NCBI GenBank assembly: GCA_004764695.1
Contig: SMSO01000037.1
Location: 3,076,747 to 3,140,746 of the forward strand
DNA from: Schizochytrium sp. TIO01
Lineage: Eukaryota > Protista > Bigyra: Labyrinthulomycetes
Direction: 5' to 3'
DNA: 64,000 bases
The position numbers were made by a program, and so were the translations under genes. The notes beneath the pieces are model-generated. The model was not told where the DNA came from. It did no database searches and was given only the letters and a program-made list of their open reading frames with translations. Positions 46,728 to 58,004 of this stretch are shown one piece after another; the stretch's first letter is position 1; every line of letters starts with the position of its first letter.

Positions 46728-49700
46728 TCATGAAGAGGTAGAAGAGGTGGAAGAGGACATACGCGAAGACTTGCGCCTTGAAGTGTACTGTTTGTACATG
46801 TTGGACCATGTCCGCATGTTTCGTGTCATTTTGCGGACCTGGTTAAGAATATCTGAAGCCTCATCGCGTCTTCCCGCACGTGCGAGCGCATCTGCAAGGG
46901 CGCGCTCACGCGCAATGTTCACTTCTGAAGGTACGAGTGTTTCAAACAACTTGTCCGAGTGCTCTACGCTGTAGCGAATCGACTGAGCAGCCTGGCCAAA
47001 CTCTTGTTGTGCCTCGTAAATGGCACCAAGGTTCATGTATACACGAGCAACGTGATGCTCTCCTTGCGTCTGGGCGTTCGTAAACACCATAAGCGCCTCT
47101 TCGGCATGGAAAAGCGCATCATTCGAATCGCCTGTTTGCAACGCTGCTACAGCAACCAGGCCATGCGTCTCCGCACTGACCAGACTCATCGGGCTCACAT
47201 CTTCAAGAGCTTGTGACGATTGCTTAAAAGCGGCCCGACTCTCTTCGAGGTTACCAGCAATCCCATTCACGTATCCCGAAATTGCAAGCGTACGTGCTGA
47301 AACTAGATCATTTCCATCGAGGAGCCCAAGTGCGTCACCAAGCAGGGACATTGCCGGGTGGAAGTTGCCCTGCTCAGCAAGAGACAGAGCCAGAGCGCCC
47401 TTGGCGTAAGACTTGGCCGTGACATCAGCCGAGAGAACATCAGCCTCCATCCACTGATCAGAAGCCTGTGTCAAACGACCGCACTTAAAGTGAACGTGCC
47501 CAAGAATGTAGTGCATAGCACTCTCGCTCGAGCGCTCATTCAGTGCCTGGTATACGTTGAGAGCTTCTTGTGCAAAGGATTGAGCACGCTTCAAACGGAA
47601 ATCACCCAGAGGAATGAGAAGTAGCATAAAGGCTTGCATTGCGGTAAGATCAGCAAGAAGAAGACTTGCGTTACTATGGCGCTTGGACTTGTGCGTGAAG
47701 CGACGAGTCAGTGAGCGAAGGATCGGCTTTGGAGAAGTCAGAGACGCGGCGCCGCCAGGAGCAAAAGCGCCACTAAGAGACTTGGGAGAAGGTAGGTCGC
47801 CAGGAGCATTGGCCATGTCGCTACCTGATCCGGATACACTACCGGCGCTCAGAGAACTGCGAGGAGAACGAGCTGCAACAGAAGACGCTCCAGAGGCAAC
47901 AGAGAAAAGAGAATGACGACGGTAAAGGCGCATGAGCTGAAAGTCGTCCTGCGTGGAGCTTTGGCTCGAACGAGATGATCCTACACGACTTTGTGAGCGC
48001 TCAAGAATAGCATCGTCTTCAGGGAGCTCCTCCTCTTCTTCATCGTTGTCGTTCTCAGCTTCCTCAACCATACTGCCTCCCTGGCGTGAGAAACGAGCAT
48101 TGGAGGTAGATAGGCTCAGTCCACGTCGAGATGAGCGTACACGGTTCCAACGACTCTGAGAAGCCTCCGCTGATGGCCCGTGAAGACCACCAGAAACTTC
48201 TTCTTTGAGTTGGTTTTCAAGTAGTTCACGGCACATGCCAACCGCCATAAACAAATGCGGGAGCATAGCCATGACTGCTTGGAGCATATTGGGGTCCGCT
48301 GCAGCGACACCACGGTGGAGAGGGAAAACATTCTCCATACAATATGCGTGCAGAGATGTTAACACACGGCGAGCACAAGAACGATTTGACTCCGTGCTCT
48401 TCTCATGAATACTCCGTACAGCTTCAAGCAAGGTCGGATGGACACAAATTGTTCCATCGTTTGCGCGGTACATGAGATCCTCAATACTAGATTGCGGCAT
48501 GAGAGTCTCGGTGAATCCATGAGCGGCCATCTCAGCCACGATAAGCTCAGCGGGAATGTACATTGCGTTAAAAAACGAGCAAACGCGCAGCATTTCCCAA
48601 AAGTGGCGTCCACGGGACTCCTCGGGATCCTTCAGGAGGTCGCGCCAAATTTTACACAAGAGCTTAAGTGACAGACGGTTTCGAGAGCGGAAAAGGTTTT
48701 CCTGGATCTTTTCAAATTGGTAAGTTTCTTTGGTAGATAAGTTCTTCAACGCCGTCCAAGGGCGTCCACGTAGAAAATCCGCCGTGTCAATCACACCAAT
48801 GTTTCGCAAGGCAGTGTGGTGGCCTTTCAACTTGTATCGATTCAGGATAGCATTCAGGTCAGGCATAATGGTTTGTGAGACAAGTGTATCATAACGTTCC
48901 AAAAGCTCCTCAAAAGTAATATCGTATGTGCGAACAAGATAACCAGCAACCCGCATGCTTAACACACTGCGGCACAAGTGGGCCTGGTCACTGAGTTGTA
49001 GTAGAGCACGGTCCTCCCGGCGGATCCCTTCTGTGCGAGCAATGCTATTACGCGTGCGCTTCCCTGCAGCACGCCGCATGAGGTCCTCTGTAGATTTGGC
49101 ACTGAGCAGTGGGAGTTCTACCCGCAAAGCTTCGTCCCGACCAGACTTTGCTTTGCTGGTGATGAGCACGACACCTTTGCCATTTGAGAGACGCGGAGGT
49201 GGCACCCATTCAAGGGCATCTTCAGTGGCATCATCAATGACCAAAAGCCATCGCTCTTCGTTTTCAAAAAGATAGCGCCAAAGGTTTTCACGCAAATCAT
49301 CCAGGGCAAGCTGGTCAGTAAGTTCGTGTTGGTGAAGGTCCTCAACCAAAAACCGGTGAACATCCCAAACCATAAAGCTTCCATTAAGCCATACCATTCC
49401 ACCCGGGAACTCCTCCTTGTACTGGTCCACAAATTCCACGGCAACCGATGTTTTGCCAGATCCTTCCGGGCCGTATAATTTAATCTGTGACTCGTTGCGC
49501 TCAAAAACAAGTTTTGCCAGCCTCTTGAGAATCTTATCTCTGCCGAGAAGGTCTGCACAGGTGTAAAGCGGCATACGATCTACCTCAGTTTGTCGCTTTG
49601 TGCTTGCACGTGTTCTGGTCAGCCTTGCCATATCCTCCGGGGCAACACCCATACGATGGCCACGCAGTCTGAATGGCTGATACACATCATTAAATAGCAA

Positions 49701-49955
49701 AAGATCATGCCTCTCCATTACACCCTCTAGTAAACCTTGCGAGCTCAAAGAAACTGGAATCACCGGGGATGCTGACGAAGCCCGCCTCTTAACAGAAACA
49801 TCTTCATCCTCGTCCACACGCATTTCATCACTACGAAAAACATCGGCACCAGTATCCTCGAGGACTTTAGCACCAGCAGCTCCAGGTCGACCACGTCTGC
49901 TCACACGAGTTGCACTGCGCCTTGCACTTGACCTTGCGACGCTATCTCGCGCCAT
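46728..49955 (-). CDS. NB-ARC/STAND P-loop NTPase with C-terminal TPR repeats (NLR-like architecture), 1075 aa
   Basis: LLGRD pre-P-loop, Walker A GPEGSGKT (49472-49449), FPGGMVWL, Walker B WLLVIDD (~49250-49230), sensor VLITS, winged-helix VHP motif (~48440). C-terminal TPR-like units include AMHYILGHVHFKCGRLTQA and VARVYMNLGAIYEAQQEFGQAAQSIRYS. Confidence 0.85.
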   Translation of the reverse strand: MARDSVARSSARRSATRVSRRGRPGAAGAKVLEDTGADVFRSDEMRVDEDEDVSVKRRASSASPVIPVSLSSQGLLEGVMERHDLLLFNDVYQPFRLRGHRMGVAPEDMARLTRTRASTKRQTEVDRMPLYTCADLLGRDKILKRLAKLVFERNESQIKLYGPEGSGKTSVAVEFVDQYKEEFPGGMVWLNGSFMVWDVHRFLVEDLHQHELTDQLALDDLRENLWRYLFENEERWLLVIDDATEDALEWVPPPRLSNGKGVVLITSKAKSGRDEALRVELPLLSAKSTEDLMRRAAGKRTRNSIARTEGIRREDRALLQLSDQAHLCRSVLSMRVAGYLVRTYDITFEELLERYDTLVSQTIMPDLNAILNRYKLKGHHTALRNIGVIDTADFLRGRPWTALKNLSTKETYQFEKIQENLFRSRNRLSLKLLCKIWRDLLKDPEESRGRHFWEMLRVCSFFNAMYIPAELIVAEMAAHGFTETLMPQSSIEDLMYRANDGTICVHPTLLEAVRSIHEKSTESNRSCARRVLTSLHAYCMENVFPLHRGVAAADPNMLQAVMAMLPHLFMAVGMCRELLENQLKEEVSGGLHGPSAEASQSRWNRVRSSRRGLSLSTSNARFSRQGGSMVEEAENDNDEEEEELPEDDAILERSQSRVGSSRSSQSSTQDDFQLMRLYRRHSLFSVASGASSVAARSPRSSLSAGSVSGSGSDMANAPGDLPSPKSLSGAFAPGGAASLTSPKPILRSLTRRFTHKSKRHSNASLLLADLTAMQAFMLLLIPLGDFRLKRAQSFAQEALNVYQALNERSSESAMHYILGHVHFKCGRLTQASDQWMEADVLSADVTAKSYAKGALALSLAEQGNFHPAMSLLGDALGLLDGNDLVSARTLAISGYVNGIAGNLEESRAAFKQSSQALEDVSPMSLVSAETHGLVAVAALQTGDSNDALFHAEEALMVFTNAQTQGEHHVARVYMNLGAIYEAQQEFGQAAQSIRYSVEHSDKLFETLVPSEVNIARERALADALARAGRRDEASDILNQVRKMTRNMRTWSNMYKQYTSRRKSSRMSSSTSSTSS

Positions 49956-50757
49956 GATGAAGTTGTTGTTTTGTGTGAGTTCCTCGTTTCAAGTTAATGA
50001 TAAAAAGGAGAAAATGAATCAGTCAGAAAGTGGATGTAGCAGCCAAGATGAGGTACAGCTACTTCGAGTACTTCCACTCTTCAAGGTTTGGGATGAATGG
50101 AGTGGGATGTGATCTAGCACAGTAGACCGCAGCTGTTATGGGTTGAGCGTCGTTGCGTGAAGTTATAAGAACTCGAACAGGAGCAAACCAAAGAATATTT
50201 GGAGTGGAGTTGAAGGAGTGATTAACCAGCTCAATCGGTGATCGAGCGATCAAGCAAAGGGTACGAGTCAACTCACTTGTGGTCACTCAAGTCTGATATA
50301 TAGTTTCCACAGAAGAACCTCAAAGGCCTCTGTGTACAAGAGCGCTCCGCTCGACGCTCGCTCGCGTCTACTCGCGCGGGCAGGGAGCGGTGGATGGGGT
50401 CTAATGTGTTATGTATGTACTCCGATTGTTTGTGAAGAACGATTTCCCATTTTATCGCATAATCAGCAACAAAACCCTTGCCCCTTCCCACGAGGTGGCG
50501 CGCGTGCACAGTTGCACCTTAATGCCCTGGTGGCCTCAGCTATCTTCCCTACATTTACTTATATCTGCACACTACTTTCTGTGCACATAAGGTGCTTTCC
50601 TGGGTGTTTCACAAAGAGTCACCCCATGCCCCCATTCATGCTCTTGTGCATGCAGCCAGCGAGGGACAGGTGGGGTGTATTATGGGATTATCATTCAGCC
50701 AGCGAGGGACCGGCTCGGACGAAAGAGGGATCCATCATAGAAGTCCACAACTTACGA

Positions 50758-50857
50758 AAACAAACAAACAAACAAACAAACAAACAAACAAACAAACAAA
50801 CAAACAAACAAACAAACAAACAAACAAACAAACAAACAAACAAACAAACAAACAAAT
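50758..50857. repeat. (CAAA)n microsatellite
   Basis: Directly visible. Confidence 0.98.
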
Positions 50858-53800
50858 AAATAAAACAAACAAATTGAAATAATCAGTCAGTCAATAAACC
50901 AAACAGTTGAATTAGCAAGCAACAAGAGAACAGGAACGACTTGAAGATAAGCCTCTGCACATGAGGCGAGCAACCTTCAAGACTTCGATCGCTTCCCAAT
51001 GGAGAATCGCAACTCTAGCAGTGCAGAAAAGCGAAGGCCATCCCCAATCAGACTCGCAGCCACCGAGCTGAGCTCTGCCATAATAGGTAGGTACCATAGG
51101 TACGCATCCATACATACATACAAACAAACATCCATCAATCCACTCACTTATTTACTTACTCGACTTGTTCAAGTGTAGCCATCTTGAGTTTGTGGACGGT
51201 GATGGATGGCAAAAGAACGACTCGGAGTGAGTCCAATCAGCTCAGCAGCGAAAAGTGATGATGATAAGGAGGAATAACTCAGGCAGGCCATAACAGGGGG
51301 CCTGGCGGCAGAGGTGGATGCCCGGAGATGCGAGCGAGGCCTCTTCTCGCTCGCTTCCTCCGCTGGACCACGACGGAGCCCGCTCGCCATACTCGTGAAC
51401 AAGCATTTACACAATTCTCCAACGATGATCAGCGTCGAGGCGTGGACATCACCGGCACAAGAACTTCTGCATCCAGGAGTCGCGATCGAGGTCAACTTTT
51501 ATGAATCACCACCTTCCGTGGTGCTCGAAGCTTTGAGCTGCTCGGTAGTTAGTTACGTGCTACCGGTGGGAAAGTAGTTGCTGCTGTTCGATTTTAGAGC
51601 TGCTTGCACGAGCGTGAACATGGGAATCTGCACCTGGCAATGGCTTGGCAATGAATGGGCCTGAGGTCCGGTTTAGAGTGGACATGGCAAGGCAACCAAC
51701 CATCTGAAATATGACGGACCCCGTTGCAGAATCAGGCGCCGCGACAGCACTGGGTAGTAAGCAGTAGCGCCAAGCTGTGGCAGCACTGGCAGTGATTTGA
51801 AGCATACCAACCATTGCTGCACCCAGTGAACAGCACAAGTGGTAGTAGCAAGAGCAGAGAACAACCCGAGCAAAGAATATAACAAGTCGAAGGACCACGA
51901 GCCCGATTCAGTCGGTTTGTAAAGGCGAGACCCCACCGCGCCTCGTTGCAGAGCGAGCAAGCAAGCAAGCAAGCTCCTCGCTGTGCCTGAGCACATCCAA
52001 ATACGAGTCCTCAACGACAGACCAAGGCAAAAGGTGAACTTCATCGCCTTCAAGAATACAGGCGGCAGTGAACCCTGAACTTCTATAAAGTGGTAAGCAG
52101 ACAGACGCAGAGACAGACATACTCGGAGACTCACACTTCAGCGCAGCACGTGCACACCTCCCTTTGTCCGTTAACTATGAACGAGGGATAGGCGGGAATA
52201 TGCAAGTGCTGTACATGAGACTTTGCAAGGATACGGAAAGCCAATTTCTTACCAGAACAAGTGTATTAGGTCTTGGCGCACGCCACGTTTACAGAGGGAG
52301 AGAGAGAAAGAGGGACTCCTAAGGTGTGTATGTACAGGTGAATATAAATGTCTATTATCAGTACCTACGATTACACGAAGTTTGAAGTTGCTTTTGATTG
52401 TCAAGTTTAATCAAATGATTTGAGAGTGGGCTGAGGTACAACACTGACTACTGAAGCGATAGTATAGCCTGTAACGAGGAGTGTGCTGCAAGTTAAGTTC
52501 CTGGTCCCATGACTTTTGGATGCCAAGGTAGGGCTCGGGTTTTTAGTTAGGCTGCTCTTGTGTGCAACGATTTGGGCATGAAGAGACGCCACACTCGTTT
52601 CTATCTGAACGATCTTAATGGAAAGTTGACGACCCAATGAGGTGGCACGCACGTTCTGTTCTATCCCAGGCCAAGCTGCCAACTAACTGACTACGGTGGT
52701 TGAGCCTTTCAAATTGTGATCTTCAAGCTTTCACCATTCTGCCAGTTAAAGGCTAAGGCCAGCTTGCCGGGGACGACCCGAAGTGAGCAATTTGTCTCAT
52801 TGTTTCCATTTCGAGGAAACGGCATTTTGAATCTCTCTTAAATAGGTATAGCCTATATCATATATATATATATATACATTTAATTTAAAATATTAATTTT
52901 GAAGGCAAAAAATTATTGACAAAGTATTCGGTTCTCCATTTGAGGTTTGACCTAGGATTGAAAACCCTGCATAATCATGCCGTGTGAAATCAAATTATAA
53001 TATGTTTTTCGCACGAAATGATCAAGCCCTAGTATAGTGTTTGCTCGAGCAAAGCAGAAAGTCGAGGCTCGTAAAAAGTAGGGAAAGGCGATTGCCTGAA
53101 CTGTTCGGTGTGTATGCAATTAATAAGAACTGGATATCTTATCGAATTTCACTAGTTATAATATTTATCGATTCCCACCTCAATTCTTACCTCTGGATCT
53201 TATTACTGAGGAAAATTCATCATTCCATACCTCAGTATTGATAGGAGAGAAACTTTTTATGTGCATTGTCAGCTTCACTGTACTTAAAGTAAACCTTCAA
53301 CTTTTTATCATAATCATTATGATGATCTTAAAATTTCGGATTTGACAGAAGTAACAATGTACAGAATATTATGTTGCAGGGTCGAGAAAGTTGAAAGAGT
53401 GTGTGAATCTATGAAGAAGTGAGCTAAAAGGCAGTCCAAGCTGCTTTTATATCCATGATTCATAGTAGGGTACCTACATACTAAGAGTGAGGTTTTATAA
53501 TGTTAGTCTCAGGAGCCATACCTGGAAGTCCATTTTCCACAGCATAATTTGAGTTCTGTTGGGCCGGGTCATTGCGAGATTGTTCTGGAGATAGACACTG
53601 AAAATAAGAATTAAAGCACTTGTTTATGCGCGCAAGTTTTGAAGGAATCACGATTCCTGAACTCATGTTTTTCTTGAAAATCACCTCATGGCTTGACTCA
53701 AGATGGTCCATTCTAAACAAAAGCTAGATGTTTCCAAACAAAATAGTGCTAGTGCTAATATTTGCGATGGCGATGCAAACTTAGAACTAAAAGTTGCCCC

Positions 53801-54443
53801 TGACTAGCTGTGTTACCGTGGGTTTGCTGCTATCTAGGGTGGAACGAAAGCAAACAACCATTCATTCAAGGAAATTAATTTATAAGAGTTAAGCTGAGGA
53901 GCAAAATTGCTTTTGTTAAGCTATTCTTCTCTCTTAAGCCAGTATGAATAAAAGCTATACAAAAACTTCAGACTATCATCTAGTTTATTCTGGGATTCTG
54001 AGCCAAAATGCATGTCCTATGAATCTTTTGGTCAATAACAGTTTTACCAAATTGAGCCAGTCTTCTAACACAACCAAAACAACTTGTATGAAATACTAGG
54101 CTTTTGAATCAGTCATGTTATGTGTTATGCTTGAAAGCGATGCAAAGTTACAAGTTTGAACATTTACTCCTTATTTGTTCGCATTTGAAAAGAAGAAGAA
54201 TGCCTTTAGATAGCTCATCCCTTAATCAAGCCAGAAAAAGAGATGTCGGGTAAATAATTTCAATTCAATAAATGTGTGCGCAAATTCCACACAGAAACAG
54301 GAAATACTCTTTTAATCTTTGGTAGAATGTTCTGATGGCTTCTTCAAAGCATCTCTATTTCTTAAATTTTGAGCAACTATAAAGAAACTATATTTCTCGA
54401 AGATCTAATCTATCCAAATCAGTGTCTACACTTGTTTCTGAGA

Positions 54444-57400
54444 TTAAGCAGAATCCGTACTAGATAGCTCATCTAAACTTTCATCAGACATGGAATCATT
54501 AGCAAGCAAGTTGAGTAACGCTTCGGCCGCTTCAACGGTGTTTTGGGGTTTCTTTTCTACTTCTTCATGAGTGAGGTTGAGCAACCCATGACTACCTACG
54601 GAAGAAACCTCTGTCTTGATGAGCACATCAGATCTCTTTTCGTTAGAAGTATCTGTATTGTGCTGCATAGTATCCCGTCCCTTTGCTACCAAGCCACTCG
54701 AATCCATCGGAGTCACTGATTTTGAGCTAGCTTGGATCCCAACAACCCGTGAACTTGAACTATTGAAAGTGGCCAATGCTTGTGAATTTTGTACTTCTGG
54801 TGATCGAGGTCTTTGCGTATAATTAGTCAGGATGCTTTGTTTGCTCTCGCGCTCCAAATCATCCTCAGCATTGATAAATTCCATCAAAGCACGCACTGAC
54901 TCGATAGGGTCTGACTTTCTATATAGAGAGTCATACTTTTGTTTTGATTCTGCTGCTCCTTGCAAATGACTCTTTGTTCCTGGCAATGCATCTTCTGGCT
55001 CTAAATCGTTCTTGACATTGTGATGTCGGTTCTCAGCGATTGATGATAATCCCATTGATGAGACGACTTTAGGGATCACAGACGAATGCTCAGAACCATT
55101 TAGCTTGATATTTTCTGTATGTGCTGTGGAAACGTTCGGACTACCGACATAGTCAAAGGTTGAACTTTGATTTGAACTAATCCTTGCATTTGGATCTCCA
55201 ATAGGTATTGTGTCTACATCTTGGGTCAAACGGTTGCGATCAATGATCTCATCAATCGAGCCCTTATCTCCCATCTGAGGGCTAGCATCGCCAGAGCCGC
55301 TTGAGATACTTGTAGTTTCGGAAGTTTCATCTTCAATTTGCTGGTCTACTGAATGATCACTGCTGGGATCACTCAGTTCCTCTATAATCTCAGAGTCTTT
55401 GCTAGATTCCATTGACACCGAAGATGCAGGTTTTTTAACATGCGTTTGGCCATCGGTAGATCGCCCAAAGGCAACTTCGTCTGCAGCTGACTCAACGTCA
55501 GACAATGCTTGCGCCTCCCCTAGACTGGTGCTGGGTTTCCCATGATCGAGTAACTTAGGAAGTTCTTCCGTTGAAGCGAAATCGTCTGCATATGGAGAAA
55601 CATCTCCACTATATAACTCACCTGGAGATACTTCTATATTTGGGGGAGGGGAATTGAGTACCAATCTAGAAAAATCCAGTGGCGCTATCATTGAGCCTTG
55701 AGAAGAACCCCGCGAAGAGCTTAGCAAGGCGTCAAATCCTTGTTCGCCTTCGCCACCTTCCTCAGAGTGAGATTCTCTTTCTTCATTCACTTTGAGGCCG
55801 TCCGTATTGACGTTAGCAGATTCTATCATACTAGCGCTTTTGAGTTCCACATCATTTGATAAGTTTGAATTACCGATACTCGAACTCCCGCTATTCAGAG
55901 ATACTGATTTGTTCTCCAATAGATCTTTTGGCGTAAAGTTTGAATTCTTAGGCAGAGCATGATCAGATATTTCCTCAGAGCTTGGCTCCGATATTTCTTC
56001 TTCGAGAATCGTGTGATCCACTTCAACAGTAGATTTCGGAAAGGGCAAACCAGGCATTGGTGCACCTGTAACAAAGTCATTTGGATTTCCTGGTGAAAGC
56101 AAGTGTCTGTCGGTATTATTAAAGTGAACACTTGAAATAGAAGTATCTGCAGTTAAACTTGTTGTTTGGTGCCGAAGAGATGGCTCATTATTTGTCAACA
56201 ACATTGATAATTGAGATTCATTTGCCCCTATACTATTATGATGAGTGTGAAGATGAGCATGGGACCCATCTGAAGTACTGTCTGTTTCACCAAGCTTGCG
56301 AGGCCAGGATTGCTGATGCACGAGGGGCTGTTTTACAAAAGGTGCATTGGAGGTACGAGAGATTGTGGCGCGGATTTCATGCAATGATGATCTACCTGTC
56401 AAAGTGTTTGTCCAGCTCATTCGTTGAAAGGGTTGTTGTTGCTGCTGCTGCTGAACATCAGAAAGAGAATTTGTTTTGACAGTGGAAAGTCGTTTCATGG
56501 CTCTTCGTTGAGAGCGCGCTCTTTGTAACCTTGCGCTTCTATCCAAATTATCATAAATAGATGCTTGATCACCTATATCGTTCTGAATTGGTGCAACAGA
56601 CTTTCGTGAAGAATAAAGACGTAATACTGAACGTTGTTGTTCACTTCGTGTCATGCGTCTAGAGAATGACTTTTTCGGAATGTCCAAGAAGCTCATGGTG
56701 GCTTCACTTTCTGGCATGGTAGAATTCAGTAAAGATGTTGAAGAATGATTCTGGTCGTTGGTGATTAATGTAGCTTCATTGCTCTCGCTTTCTCCATTTT
56801 CACTTCTATTATCCTCATTATCGGTATCCGCATCAGAGTGGCTTTTGGCGCTACCTATCCTTGATTCATGATCATTAGCTCCGAGTCCTGAGCTCTTAAC
56901 ATTTAGCTCAAACTCAGCTCGAATATAGTATACCGTTGCTGTCCCAAAGTTTGCTCGTTTTGAAAGTGAACTGCGGGCGCTATCTGGCAAGCCCTCAAGC
57001 TCAGTAACATTCTTTAGAAGTGCTCTTGTTTCCACAAGCTCTTCACTGAATTCACTTAGCCGGGCTTGCTGTAATGCTTCCAAGCACTGTTGTTTAATTT
57101 TGAGTAAGAAACCAGAAATAGGGCAAACAATCAAGCCTTGATCAGCCGCTAATAAAGCTCCTAAATAGTTCTCTTGGCTTAGTAGTAAATCTGCTAAATC
57201 TTGCCATATAATTACAGGGTCTCTCTGACAGCACGCGATGTCCAATGCTTTTCTTGAAAGAGTCGCACGACCCATCACTGAATATGCTCGTGACACAAGT
57301 ACCCAGAGGTTTTCATGCGAATATTGGACACATTTCCCCTTCCGAATTAGATCAAAAATACGTTCTAAATGATTTAGTGCTCGCATAGCCTCGAAAGTAC

Positions 57401-58004
57401 TCAAAAGGACACTTACACAAATCATATGCAGGTCTGCAACGTCACCATACACTGATGAGCTTACATTCTGTTTGGACCTCTTCTTAGCCTTTCCAGATGA
57501 AGTTTGCTGGTTGTTTTTGCTGAGAGAGTAATAGCTTGGCCTCACATTTTCTAAGTAACCTTCCGCTTGATAAAGAGCGGCCTCAAAGTCTCCTGTCAAA
57601 ATAGCTGCTCGAACTAGCCGCGCATAGCAGTCTGAAGCAGCCTGTTCACCTTGCGCAAGGGCCAAGCTCACCGCCTTCTGCAAAGAGAAATATGCCTTCG
57701 CAAAACTGCCAAGCATATATTGTGCAAGACCTAATGTTGACCATAAATGAACTGATGAATTGTTTTCGTGTAGCACATGCTCAAGTAGTTGGACTGCAAC
57801 ATCATACTGACCATCTGCAGTAAGTAAAACTCCAAGTTCTCCTTGAGCTTGGAATTCGTCTGGCCTTCGTTTCACAAGAAGTGCAAGTTTTTGTTTTCTC
57901 AATACTCGAAGAGTTTTTGCAATATTTGAATCACTTGCAAGCACATTTGCCTCTTTCGATTTCTTGCGTGGGCATACAGGGATGGAATAAGCAGGAATCT
58001 CCAT
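54444..58004 (-). CDS. Large protein with N-terminal TPR-like repeats and a long Ser/acidic disordered C-terminal region, 1186 aa; function unknown
   Basis: 3.5 kb uninterrupted ORF. TPR-like units: AQGELGVLLTADGQYDVAVQLLEHVL, LWSTLGLAQYMLGSFAKAYFSLQKAV, IWQDLADLLLSQENYLGALLAADQGL. The remainder is low-complexity S/E/N-rich with a polyQ. Confidence 0.8.
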   Translation of the reverse strand: MEIPAYSIPVCPRKKSKEANVLASDSNIAKTLRVLRKQKLALLVKRRPDEFQAQGELGVLLTADGQYDVAVQLLEHVLHENNSSVHLWSTLGLAQYMLGSFAKAYFSLQKAVSLALAQGEQAASDCYARLVRAAILTGDFEAALYQAEGYLENVRPSYYSLSKNNQQTSSGKAKKRSKQNVSSSVYGDVADLHMICVSVLLSTFEAMRALNHLERIFDLIRKGKCVQYSHENLWVLVSRAYSVMGRATLSRKALDIACCQRDPVIIWQDLADLLLSQENYLGALLAADQGLIVCPISGFLLKIKQQCLEALQQARLSEFSEELVETRALLKNVTELEGLPDSARSSLSKRANFGTATVYYIRAEFELNVKSSGLGANDHESRIGSAKSHSDADTDNEDNRSENGESESNEATLITNDQNHSSTSLLNSTMPESEATMSFLDIPKKSFSRRMTRSEQQRSVLRLYSSRKSVAPIQNDIGDQASIYDNLDRSARLQRARSQRRAMKRLSTVKTNSLSDVQQQQQQQPFQRMSWTNTLTGRSSLHEIRATISRTSNAPFVKQPLVHQQSWPRKLGETDSTSDGSHAHLHTHHNSIGANESQLSMLLTNNEPSLRHQTTSLTADTSISSVHFNNTDRHLLSPGNPNDFVTGAPMPGLPFPKSTVEVDHTILEEEISEPSSEEISDHALPKNSNFTPKDLLENKSVSLNSGSSSIGNSNLSNDVELKSASMIESANVNTDGLKVNEERESHSEEGGEGEQGFDALLSSSRGSSQGSMIAPLDFSRLVLNSPPPNIEVSPGELYSGDVSPYADDFASTEELPKLLDHGKPSTSLGEAQALSDVESAADEVAFGRSTDGQTHVKKPASSVSMESSKDSEIIEELSDPSSDHSVDQQIEDETSETTSISSGSGDASPQMGDKGSIDEIIDRNRLTQDVDTIPIGDPNARISSNQSSTFDYVGSPNVSTAHTENIKLNGSEHSSVIPKVVSSMGLSSIAENRHHNVKNDLEPEDALPGTKSHLQGAAESKQKYDSLYRKSDPIESVRALMEFINAEDDLERESKQSILTNYTQRPRSPEVQNSQALATFNSSSSRVVGIQASSKSVTPMDSSGLVAKGRDTMQHNTDTSNEKRSDVLIKTEVSSVGSHGLLNLTHEEVEKKPQNTVEAAEALLNLLANDSMSDESLDELSSTDSA

